Shown here piece after piece: positions 12,345-54,952 of a DNA stretch of 64,000 bases. This stretch comes from Trichinella spiralis. Taxonomy: Eukaryota. The notes below the pieces were generated by a model. That model worked only from the letters and a program-made list of their open reading frames with translations. It was not told the DNA's origin and made no database searches. Position 1 is the stretch's first letter, and every line of letters starts with the position of its first letter. The translations under genes and the position numbers were made by a program. The DNA is taken from the NCBI RefSeq assembly GCF_000181795.1, contig NW_003526947.1, forward strand, positions 580,388 to 644,387, read 5' to 3'.

Positions 12345-14277
12345 CTAGTAATGCAGTTTCCGCTTCTGACGATAGGTGATCAGTTCATGTTTATGAGATT
12401 CTGCTACCATAGGCACATAATTTGGTGGTTCACAATAGTCCTAAAAATGATGCAAGTAATAACATTATTACTGAAGGAAAGCAGCAGTAATTTCACTCAT
12501 TTCAAAGTTATAAAGGTTATACAAAGTTCAAATGGTACAGTCATCAATGTAGAAAGTTGTCGGTCATAAATAAATTTGAAATTGTGTTCTTCAAGTATTA
12601 TGTATTAATTATATGAGCAGATTATGAATAACTTATTCTTCATTATAAATATTAATTTGAGCAAGCTGTAATGTTTGTTTGAAATGAATATTGGACAAAA
12701 ATGAATGCATGAAAGTACCTTGTACTGCTTGTAAAAACAGTTGTAGCCTTTGTCAAGTAGGTAAATTTCAGGATAGTACAAATTTGGATAGCATTCTCGA
12801 TTGGTTGTTCTATCGAAATTGCGCAAAAATCGATACCTAGAAAAAAATGACCAGTAAAATATTTATTTATCCATTTTCATAAAACACACGTACATGTTTG
12901 GGCCCCTTTGTTGTGAAAATTCACAGTAAAACACCAACACCTTTTTCTTATTCGCAACAGAGGGAAGGTCTTCATCAACAAACAGATAGTTCACAAGCTG
13001 ATGTTTTTCAAAGATATTTATAGCACCCTAAGTATAGAAAATAAAAATTTATTTAAAACAATCAAAGAAGATTGTCAAGAAAAGATAATGAAAATACCCT
13101 GATATGACCGCCATCATATTCGAAGGGGTACCGGCAGTCAATTATATCAAATTGCATTATCAATTCAGCTCTTTTGTTTATAAGATTTACCAACTAAAAG
13201 CATTCATTTGAAAATTCAATTAAGCACATTTGGAAGAAAATTTTTAGAAATTTTACTTACATCATCAGCTGTAACGCTTTGAACATCCGGAACTTTGCTG
13301 GATTTGAAATAGGGTAACAATGTATTCTAAATTTTATCAAATCTTAATGGAAATCAAAAAATAAACATAGTAATTTACTTTTTCAACAAAATTCCAGTAC
13401 TCATCAAAATCAAGATCTGAAAATTCAAGATGAAATAACAATTGGAAAATACAAAAAATGACATTAATACCTGCTACACTCTTGAAATCAGAAACTGGAG
13501 GTATTAGCGGAAACTATAAAAAGAAAAAAATTATTCTGCAATGTACAAAATAAATTAAGTTGAATTATTTATTAAATTACTACAAATAATTCTAAGAAAT
13601 AAAAGTCATTTAAGTTCGATGCACAGAAATTAATTTTAATCATTTCTTCATCTATCATTCAAACTCATTATATTTGTATATCATATCTTGCTTGTTTCTT
13701 CGAGAGAAATACGAATATTATAAAAAATAATCATTTCTTACTTGACTCCATTTCTCACTGCAACGTGTGCCGCTCACCGTTTGAGAATTGCTCAAATCAG
13801 TGTTACTTGATGACAGGCAATTATTAATCAATTTCCTCTCTGCTAGTGAAGCATTTTCCGCCAAATTCCTCCTCGAAATCTACATTACAAAATAAAGAAA
13901 CTCAAAAATGTAGAAAGCAAAATGGAAAGATAAGTAATGAAATTTTAATATTTTATATTACAAGAGCCTTCTCTTCTTTATTAATAAGACGGTTCTTAAC
14001 ATCTTGTAGCACTGTCATTTCTCCATTTTTTGTTGTTGCACGATTCTAAAGAAACTTTCTAAAAATAGAGAAATATTGTATTCAATATTACCTTCTCTTC
14101 TTTATTATTAAGACAGTTCGTAACATCCTGTAGCAATGACATTTCTCCATTTTTTTTGGTTGCACGATTCTAAAGAAACTTTTTCATATTAAAAATAGAG
14201 AAATATTGTATTCAAAATTTTACCTTGTTGCGGATTCGATCTTCGAGATGTACGTTTTTCACCATTTGGTTTTCCAT
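12345..14277 (-). CDS. cdc-25: Cdc25 M-phase inducer phosphatase, copy 1 (11 exons, ~314 aa)
   Basis: Mirror image of the + copy with splice sites intact. Motifs IIDCRYPFEYDGGHI, VFYCEFSQQRGP, YPEIYLLDKGY and CEPPNYVPM are present. Confidence 0.92.
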
Positions 14278-14712
14278 TTTATCCACTCTTCTTGTAAAAG
14301 TAATATACTTGTTAAACTTTTACTTTCACTCAAGTGGAATGACAAAAAGCAAATTGAGAGACCCCTTCTTTGCTTGCAGAAATACAATGAACTGAAAGCT
14401 TAATATATTAAAATAGTGGATAAAATTTTAAACTTGTTTAAACAAAACTAAACTAAACATATTGTTTAAACTAAACACAACTTGTTTAAATTAAACTAAA
14501 CATAACGTTGTACGTTTAAAGTGATTTAAACTAAAACAGAATTTTAATGCTATTTAGTTTAAACAAGTTTCAAACTGTTCCATACATTAAGCTTTCAGTT
14601 CACTGTATTTCTGCAAGCAAAGAAGGGGTCTCTCAATTTGCTTTTTGTCATTCCACTTGAGTGAAAGTAAAAGTTTAACAAGTATATTACTTTTACAAGA
14701 AGAGTGGATAAA

Positions 14713-16645
14713 ATGGAAAACCAAATGGTGAAAAACGTACTTCTCGAAGATCAAATCCGCAACAAGGTAAAATTTTGAATACAATATTTCTCTATTTTTA
14801 ATATAAAAAAGTTTCTTTAGAATCGTGCAACCAAAAAAAATGGAGAAATGTCATTGCTACAGGATGTTACGAACTGTCTTAATAATAAAGAAGAGAAGGT
14901 AATATTGAATACAATATTTCTCTATTTTTAGAAAGTTTCTTTAGAATCGTGCAACAACAAAAAATGGAGAAATGACAGTGCTACAAGATGTTAAGAACCG
15001 TCTTATTAATAAAGAAGAGAAGGCTCTTGTAATATAAAATATTAAAATTTCATTACTTATCTTTCCATTTTGCTTTCTACATTTTTGAGTTTCTTTATTT
15101 TGTAATGTAGATTTCGAGGAGGAATTTGGCGGAAAATGCTTCACTAGCTGAGAGGAAATTGATTAATAATTGCCTGTCATCAAGTAACACTGATTTGAGC
15201 AATTCTCAAACGGTGAGCGGCACACGTTGCAGTGAGAAATGGAGTCAAGTAAGAAATGATTATTTTTTATAATATTCGTATTTCTCTTGAAGAAACAAGC
15301 AAGATATGATATGCAAATATAATGAGTTTGAATGATAGATGAAGAAATGATTAAAATTAATTTCTGTACATCGAACTTAAATGACTTTTATTTCTTAGAA
15401 TTATTTGTAGTAATTTAATAAATAATTCAACTTAATTTATTTTGTACATTGCAGAATAATTTTTTTCTTTTTATAGTTTCCACTAATACCTCCAGTTTCT
15501 GATTTCAAGAGTGTAGCAGGTATTAATGTCATATTTTGTATTTTCCAATTGTTATTTCATCTTGAATTTTCAGATCTTGATTTTGATGAGTACTGGAATT
15601 TTGTTGAAAAAGTAAATTACTATGTTTATTTTTTGATTTCCATTAAGATTTGATAAAATTTAGAATACATTGTTACCCTTTTTCAAATCCAGCAAAGTTC
15701 CGGATGTTCAAAGCGTTACAGCTGATGATGTAAGTAAAATTTCTAAAAATTTTCTTCCAAATGTGCTTAATTGAATTTTCAAATGAATGCTTTTAGTTGG
15801 TAAATCTTATAAACAAAAGAGCTGAATTGATAATGCAATTTGATATAATTGACTGCCGGTACCCCTTCGAATATGATGGCGGTCATATCAGGGTATTTTC
15901 ATTATCTTTTCTTGACAATCTTCTTTGATTGTTTTAAATAAATTTTTATTTTCTATACTTAGGGTGCTATAAATATCTTTGAAAAACATCAGCTTGTGAA
16001 CTATCTGTTTGTTGATGAAGACCTTCCCTCTGTTGCGAATAAGAAAAAGGTGTTGGTGTTTTACTGTGAATTTTCACAACAAAGGGGCCCAAACATGTAC
16101 GTGTGTTTTATGAAAATGGATAAATAAATATTTTACTGGTCATTTTTTTCTAGGTATCGATTTTTGCGCAATTTCGATAGAACAACCAATCGAGAATGCT
16201 ATCCAAATTTGTACTATCCTGAAATTTACCTACTTGACAAAGGCTACAACTGTTTTTACAAGCAGTACAAGGTACTTTCATGCATTCATTTTTGTCGAAT
16301 ATTCATTTCAAACAAACATTACAGCTTGCTCAAATTAATATTTATAATGAAGAATAAGTTATTCATAATCTGCTCATATAATTAAGACATAATATTTGAA
16401 GAGCACAATTTCAAATTTATTTATGACCGAAAACTTTCTACATTGATGACTGTACCATTTGAACTTTGTAAAACCTTTATAACTTTGAAATGAGTGAAAT
16501 TACTGCTGCTTTCCTTCAGTAATAATGTTATTACTTACATCATTTTTAGGACTATTGTGAACCACCAAATTATGTGCCTATGGTAGCAGAATCTCATAAA
16601 CATGAACTGATCACCTATCGTCAGAAGCGGAAACTGCATTACTAG
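14713..16645 (+). CDS. cdc-25: Cdc25 M-phase inducer phosphatase, copy 2 (11 exons, ~314 aa)
   Basis: Exons 14713-14766, 14821-14898, 14945-15028, 15111-15248, 15477-15519, 15574-15611, 15664-15729, 15797-15892, 15963-16096, 16154-16271, 16550-16645 splice in frame via GT-AG. Rhodanese-fold Cdc25 motifs DCRYPFEYDGGHIRGA and CEFSQQR (CX5R). Confidence 0.93.
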
Positions 16646-19600
16646 TTGTCTAACAATGAAGTTTTATAAATCAATTAACATGAATGAAATTCTGATTTTA
16701 ATCAATTATCAAATGTATTTATCATATAATAAATTTTGGAATTAGAAAATAAATTTTATACTAATTTTGCATTATTTGAATCAACGCTTGATATCCATGT
16801 TTATCAGCTAGCAAAGTTTCAGCGATGATATTCAGTTCATGTTTGCAAGAAGCAACAACCAAAAATTGTTACACAGATGATGATGCTGCACCCTAAGGTG
16901 TGCAAATCACAATGATAAATATTCTGTGTGAGCTGAAGCAAGCTGAATTGACTCAACATAACAGGTTATTATTGTTGTTATATCAAAAGCCATCTATTTG
17001 CATTCCAATTTCGAGATAGAGAAATTGTGAAGGGACTATATCAACTAATTTGAAAGCCAAAGAAGTGGTCAGCAGAGAAATACAATTAGTATGGTAGTTT
17101 ATGACTGATCATAAGATAATCTTCAGTAGTCGGTGAAATGTAAATCTATGTAGAGTTTGGAATGCATTTTTTAAAGACCAGTATGCCTTAAATTAGCCTG
17201 AAATATTACTCCGCTTTGCTATATAATGTAAAACAATTTGCACATGAAGATTTTGCCATTGTACAGAAATGTTACGTGAGGCTGAAGTAGATTTACTTTG
17301 AAATTGTATAATAAATTAATTCTCTTTAACGAAAAATTACAGATTTTTTACCAATGAAAAAATTTTTACTGTTACAAGTTGTCTCATAAAAGCTTCGTTT
17401 TTGAAAAGGCAACAAGGTGCTGTTTATGAACATGGAATGTCGGTCAGTAGCGGAGCACCAATAATTCGGACAAAACGTGATGAAAGCAATCATCCAATCG
17501 CTGATAGTAGCTGAAGAGCTTATCGAGTGGTGTAAGCTATTTGCCCAATTGCTGCTCAAATCAGAATAATTAAAAAACAACAAAGCCATACGCCAATTAA
17601 CGGCTTCGCATCTATTCTATATGCAACATGCTTCAGAGAAATGACAAAGCGATCTTCACTTTACGACAGTCTCCCATTTATTTCTTCACTACGGTCCACT
17701 TGTTACCATTATATGGATGTTTCAAAATTTAAATACAAGTGGTATGTGTGATGCGAAGGATGAAAATGAGCTTTAATGGATGATGTTCAAACATTACGCA
17801 CAACAATGACGCAACGCATAGAGCGGTCAGTTGAACAACAAGATGTGCATTTTCTCAGTTTTTGAAGCTATTTTTATGCTCAAATGGAGAGCGTGTTATC
17901 CTGGCTTTTCATTATAAAACTTTACGACCGTGCTCTCTTTTGGCTCACGCTGAACGTGTTTAGCAATGGGAGAATTTTCCATTTGTCTGGCTGGATCTGT
18001 CTGTCTGTCTCTCTCTTTTTTTCGCCCACGTTGCGGGTAATTGGAAAAAAAGAACTCAGTGTCAGCCAATAACTGCAGTGCAATCAACGGCATAATCCCT
18101 GATTGAGCTGTCCAGGATACTTCAGCCAATAGCTCATCTCAGACAAATGCACCAATCGGATAAAAAATCAACGCCACTGATGTCTGTATCATTGAATTTA
18201 CTCTCTTGTGAAGTGCAGGTATTCATTGCAGTAAGTGAAAGCAGTCAGCACACATTCATTCAGAGTTAAAGTTGACGCCTGCTGGCATATTTGTAAAATT
18301 ATAGCATATCATAAAGTTCTGCTTCATTACTTTTTTAAATTTTTACTCAAAATTAAAACAGTCGCAGTTCAACTTAAAAGTAGGTACAATTTGTTGGTTA
18401 CTGTAAATAATTGTTCATTCCCATTCCTGTTTTGCTTTCAAATTGCATCGCTTGCAATGTGAAAACGAAGTAAGTGCTGTCTCGTTTTCTAATGTTGTTC
18501 TTTACTTGTATGCTGGAAAAAGAGGCGGCTTAATTGTAAAATACTTTTGGCCAAAATCATGAACCACACACATCTTATTTCTTCAGCATCTGTTAGCAGC
18601 AGTTTGTAATTAATTACTTTTAGGCATAGATATGAAATCAGATGAACTGTCACAATTTAATTTAGCATTATTTAGTGTTTTATTTGAAATCATTGACTGT
18701 ATAAAAATGATAAATTTTCTAATAATTATTTAATCTCTGCTAAGGAGAGAAGATTCAGAAACAGCACAGTGGTTTTTATGTTATTTGTTTAGTCAAATTT
18801 AGTTCAAAAGCCCTCTACAGTCCCTCTATATACTGACGCTGGGTATCCAACGCTGGCCAGCCAGCTAAAATCACAATCAGTCATTAGTGACAAATGTCGC
18901 GCAGCAAGCCTATCAGCCTTCAGCTGATCAAATAAACAAAGTCAGAATACAGAGCGAAGTTCTTAAAAGTAAACTGAAACTGCATCAAATTGCTAACAAA
19001 TAAAAATACACTTTTTCCACGGTTATGTACAACCTCAGCCATTATAATTTCATTTTTTGCTAAAAATTTGTCTTGAAAATAATTTCTCTACAACAAAAAA
19101 TACAAAGAGAAACATCAACATGCGCAAAAAACCGAACACCAAGCTGTCGTCCACGGCAAGGAGCATTAAGTGAAAAATAAAAATACAACAAAATCTGAAT
19201 GAAACCTCTTCGCCCGATAACTACTTTTCACACTGCCTTCTTGTGATGCATAATGCCGTTGGTTGCGCGTAAGAGCCAGCAGAAAATTTGAAATAAAAAA
19301 AAGAACTTTCGTGCTGACTTACTTATATGCGTTGGATTTTCAACGATGAAATAAATCACCAATTATTTTAAACAAATCAAACTTCATTAATAAAGCAATA
19401 TAAAAAATCACATTGCAAAACAGTATGAGTAAATAATATGATGCAGTAGTAATTAATGTAAAATAGTTGGATAATGCCTATAAACAGTAAGGAAAAATAC
19501 AGTACAGTGCAGTCAGTACTGGACAGTATATGCAAATACTAAAACAACACGCTCTGAAAAGCAGCACTGCTAAGAGCAGCGTTAAAACATACTCAACTGT

Positions 19601-20213
19601 CAGAGGGTGGATCCATTTTACGACTAAGGAAGTATCAGTGAAGCACGAGGAAAAAAAGTTTTTTTTCCCAAGATCAAAATTAATTACAAATGCACAATTA
19701 TTAAAAAAAATATTACGCAACAGCGAACCGAGGCACCACATCAAGTAAGAAATAAACAAGTACTTCGCCCTTTGGAAAAAACCAATAGAAGCCAAGTAAA
19801 AAAAGTAAATAAAAAAAATTTTTTTCAACGTGAAAATTAAGAAGAATTTCCTAAGAATGGTACAGCACAAGATAAAATTTTCAGATGAATGCAAAAATAC
19901 GATACTATTGTAGAGTACAACGTATAAATGTTAACAAACATCGAAAATAGGATGAAAATCATGAAAGCTTGTCTCACGCCTTTATGGGATATAAATGAGG
20001 CGAACAGCGCAAAGAAGAAGAAGAAGAAGAAGAAAAGGAAAAAAGTATTGCTTACCAAATTGTAAATAAAGATAAAAACAAAACTAAATAAAGCATCGTT
20101 CAAATATGTCGCTAAGGGGACAATTTTTCTTCTTTTTCATTCTTTCTGTACATTTTTCTGTTGTTGTTGTTGTTCGTCTTGGTTGGTTACTGTAACATCA
20201 GATTTGAAGCAGT

Positions 20214-47607
<27,394 letters not shown>

Positions 47608-49116
47608 GACAATTTATCCCGATGCTCATTTCAATAGCTACTGTTAACAGCTATGGCACTTCGAATCATAATCCAGTGTCGCTTACGCACGCTTCAGCAG
47701 CATCAGCAGCAATTGCGGAGAGCCTTTTCAATTTAGCGGCGTCAACGCAGAAACTTGCAATACACTTGGCGCGTGGACAAAAGTTATTATTCTTTTCGTC
47801 AAAGACGATCAAGTAAAGCTTGTTGTTTTGAAAATTAAATTATTCAAACAAATTCAATATCAAACATCGAAGCAAACAATGATATTGCCCGCAATGATTA
47901 AGAAATTAATTTTGATCAAACTGAATGAAATGCACATCCACCGCCTTCCTTTCTTGCCAATCGACAATGAATACAGTAATCAAGACGCTTTCTTCGAAAT
48001 TTGATGTGCAAGACTGAATAGGAATAACTGATTTATAGGTTATATAAAATTTGAAAAACAAAACTTTTACTTGTTAATAAATTTCATTCGAAACTTGCTC
48101 ATTTTTGATAATTTATATATATATTTGTAATGCGTAATGAATTTTAACCTTTTTTCTTTGAATGAAGAATTTGACAAAATTCAATTGATATGATAAAAGA
48201 ATAAAGTTCTTTTAAAATTTTTTTATTATGCTTATTCAATTAAAGTCTATTGATGAAAATTCATCTATTCATCGTCGAGCATATTTCAAATTTAATCTAA
48301 TTTGTAAACTTTTTTAATTTCAGGCTCAATGAAACATCAATTCGATTAGATCCGTTTTTCCACAAAATTTTCAAACTATTATAATTATTCCAAACAAAAC
48401 TTTTCTCACAGATCGCCAATAATTATGGGAAAATTTTACATTCATTGAATGCATACATTGGACGATGGGAAAAAATTATACAAAAACAATGGAATTTTAT
48501 TTTTTCAATAAAACAAAACTCGGATGTAAAGCAGGAAAAGAAATGACTATTTTTAATTTCACTAATTGAAATATAAATGAATAATAAATACTTGTAGTGA
48601 AAATTTTGTCCACCATTTATATAATTATTAATGAATTTTTTTCGATATTTGAAAGGTAAAACGAACTTGATTACATCAGTTTTACAGGATGCTTAACCTA
48701 TTGCTATGGTTTGTCTAGTGTAAGTAAGCTTTTAATCACGTTCAGTTTTTATTCATCGTCGGTGTTGGTGGTAATAGTGTGTGTACATTTTTCTTGTGTT
48801 CAAATAATGTGCATTGTGTCGTGCCTGGGGGGGCTCAGCGTGTTCACCAATTCAAGACATGTTTTAATTATACAATATAATATGATATTGTAGATTTCTT
48901 TTTTTTGGTGAATTTTTTTTCGTGTAGAAATAATATCTTGTATGGGTGTATGTGTGTGTGTGACAAGATTTTGATCAAGAAACGTTTGAAATGTACAAGT
49001 TGAACTTTGTCAGCGCAGACGACGCTTGTCAAAAGCTAATGGGGAAATTTTCGGTTTACATGTTGTTTAATTTATTTGATCAGACAGCCAAGACAAGCAA
49101 ATTTCATAAAAATATC

Positions 49117-51983
<2,867 letters not shown>

Positions 51984-52330
51984 TGTAATTATTTTATTTT
52001 ACAAAACAGCTAAACACGAATATTGAATTTAAATTCATATTTTATATTTCAGCAATGCAAAGTGCAACATTTGCCTTAACTAACCTCGTTGTTTCGTTGC
52101 ATCATATTTATTTATTATTCATTTATTATAGAAAATTTACTTCGGAAAATTCCAATGCAGACAATATGTTTCTTTTTTTTATTTTCAATTTTCTTTTTCC
52201 AATACGTTTGTGTTACAGTTTGAAATGCAGATTAAAATACGTTGCGAATTTGTATGATTTGTTTATTATTAATTTGTTATACATTTTTTGCACGTCTGTA
52301 AAACATGTAAAAGTATGTAAATTGGATGTA

Positions 52331-52742
52331 CAGTCGACCCTTGAAATTCGCGGATTTTTGATGGGGCGAATGATTTTGAAACAATCAGAGTAAATGGAAA
52401 ATATACTTTATTTTACAGCATTTTGATTGATGGCCATTTACATACGGTCTCTTTCAGAAAAACAGTGAACATAAATGCAGAAGCTGAATTTAATTGTCTA
52501 CCTTCCTGTTTACTTTCGTTTAAGCTAAGATCATAAAAACAAAACCCGGAAATTGCTAAATCATATTTTTAGACATTACTGTATCTTTCTTTATACAGTA
52601 GATATGGAGGTTAAGTGTAAGATGATTTCACTAATGAGATTTTACTCCATAACAGTAATGATAGATGCTTCCCCAACTCAGAGGCTAATTAATCGCAAAT
52701 ATTAAAAAAAATAAACAAAAATGAATTCAAAAAGGGCTACTG
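52331..52742. mobile_element. Possible decayed pogo/Tigger-like MITE
   Basis: TA|CAGTCGACCCTTGAAATTCGCGG resembles pogo/Tigger termini. Only a weak inverted counterpart (GAATTCAAAAAGGGCTACTG|TA) is present near 52742. Confidence 0.25.
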
Positions 52743-54952
52743 TAAATGAGCGGTTGGTTCGCGGAATGACTGGCAAGGGTCTAACAGACCAACTGACATT
52801 TGGTTCTTCGTCCGTTCTTCTTATATATCGTATAGCTGCTGCTGAACGTCTGCAGGTATCCAGTATATTGAAATAGCTTTCTGTTGGTAATTTTACTCAG
52901 CTAGTTGAATTTAATTTTTAGCACAAATTATTAGAGCACAGTATAATTTTATTCATTTACGTAAAGTAGTTTCCAGTTTTATCAAGCAATAAATGTTGCT
53001 TTCTTGTTTTATTAAAGCTGCTTTGAAAGAATAGATTGAGATTGTTTTGATAATTTCACCAAAACTTATACTGCAACAATGCATTTCAACATCACAGTAC
53101 TCATATTATCAGCATTGAAAATATTGTTTCTGCGAATATATTTTGCAATCAGTTTACGATTAAATCATTTAAGTTTACGATTAAATTCAGTAAAATTTAA
53201 GACTGATTAAATCACTTTTGTAAGGGATATTTTTTCTATTTTATATAAATTATAATAATTTAAAAATTGAGTAGTAAACAATACGAAAGTAATTGGTACA
53301 AAAGTTGAAAATAAGAACGTAGAAAATTACTGGTTTTCAATTTTAACATCATATTGATGAATTCTGCAGCTGTACTATTAATCTGAGCAATAATGTTTAT
53401 AAATTGTGATGTATTTCAGCAATAAAATGATGCTTATGTACAGAATTAAATAGAAATTTGCAATACCGTTAGCCATGTGTACCATATGATCTTTTTGTCA
53501 TTCGTTTAGCAAGTCAGATATCAACTCTCAGATCTTTCTACCTTAAAATATAAATGTGATGATCTTGATCTAGATTTTGTCTAAGATATGACTGAAGCCT
53601 ACTTTGACTGCTATTAATATCTGCTAAATTTTCTTATCATGCGAATTAATCTTCAGCAGCAGGATAATTTATTTTCAAAGCATGCAAATATTCGTTTATT
53701 TGAATGTCGAAAAATTTTACACTTTTGAAATGAATTTTTCAAATTAAAACGACAAAACTATACAAAACCTTGTACAATCACATTGTTCGGTTGATTGAAA
53801 CTGTCACTTTTTTTGCACAACTATTTTGTGTCATCCTTTAATTGTGAATAAATACACAGTTACGGTGTGTTTCTGCACAGTTCAAGGTAAAGTTCATTTT
53901 ATTTTTTTTAATTTCATTTTACGAAATTTAATTTAATTCAAAACATAATACTAATTGAAAAAAAATTAAAACAACAGTTCAATTCATCATTATTGAATTT
54001 ATTCTGCTTTATTTAATGTCATAATGATCAGTGCAGTAAAATATTCCAATTCCTATGTTCATCATCTTATTATACTGATTGTAATTTCAGCTAAAAGATG
54101 CTGTTCATTATAGAACGATTCATCACTAATGGCAAATAAGTTACATTGTGCAATGTGACATGTTACCTATAAAATTACAATAAACTGTGCTTTGAAATGA
54201 CTTTCACATTTGCATAACATTAAATTAAGCAAACTCTTATAATGAAAAATAAAACATTTTATTAAAAAATGCAACAGTTGCATATCCATTCCATACTGTC
54301 AGACTTATATTGTAACACACACACACATATATATACACTTACAATATTATGCTAGTTTCTTGTAATTTCAACTTTTCAAATGACTTTTTATCAAAAATTT
54401 TACGAATAATTGTACAACATCATATAATGAGGTTTTAAATAGCAGAAATGGATCAGTTATAAATTATTAAAATATTAACAAAATTTGGAGCATTTTGTGT
54501 CATTTGTTGATAAATATTAGTATTAATATGAAAATACTGCTATGTGAGCAATTTTGATTTTGATTTTTCCAATTCATTTGTTTCGCTAATATAATAATTG
54601 ACTAGCAGTGCTGATTAAAGTTTTACAGTGATTGCAATATTTATAGATAATGAAAAAAAGTATCCAAGTAAATATAGTAACAGTAATAATTGGTATATTT
54701 TAAAATATGAATAAAAGTCAGTTAGTTAATGATGTGTTGAAATGGTGATTTTAGAAATGGAAGAATAATGATGACTGGCATTTTAAGTTTATAGATGTCA
54801 ATTACTGGTTCATTGTAAATTATCCAGTACAGGTCAATGAAAGTGAACAGACGTACATTTGATGATGAAAAGGTCAAAGAACTTGCTAGATGGTTAGTTT
54901 GCGACAATCATTTTCAAAATCAGTAGACCATCGTTGTCTTTTTACAGCGGCC

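Larger units (their letters stand above)
12191..16799. repeat. Large inverted duplication (palindrome): arms 12191-14404 and 14586-16799, ~180-bp spacer
   Basis: Paired positions sum to 28990 at both arm ends, both start codons and both stop codons, so there is no net indel. Only scattered substitutions were seen. The mirrored ORFs are visible in the ORF track. Confidence 0.97.

Noticed and set aside
13846..15144. Mirrored 65-67-aa ORFs in the ORF track
   Set aside because: Antisense shadows of Cdc25 exons and introns, duplicated by the palindrome.
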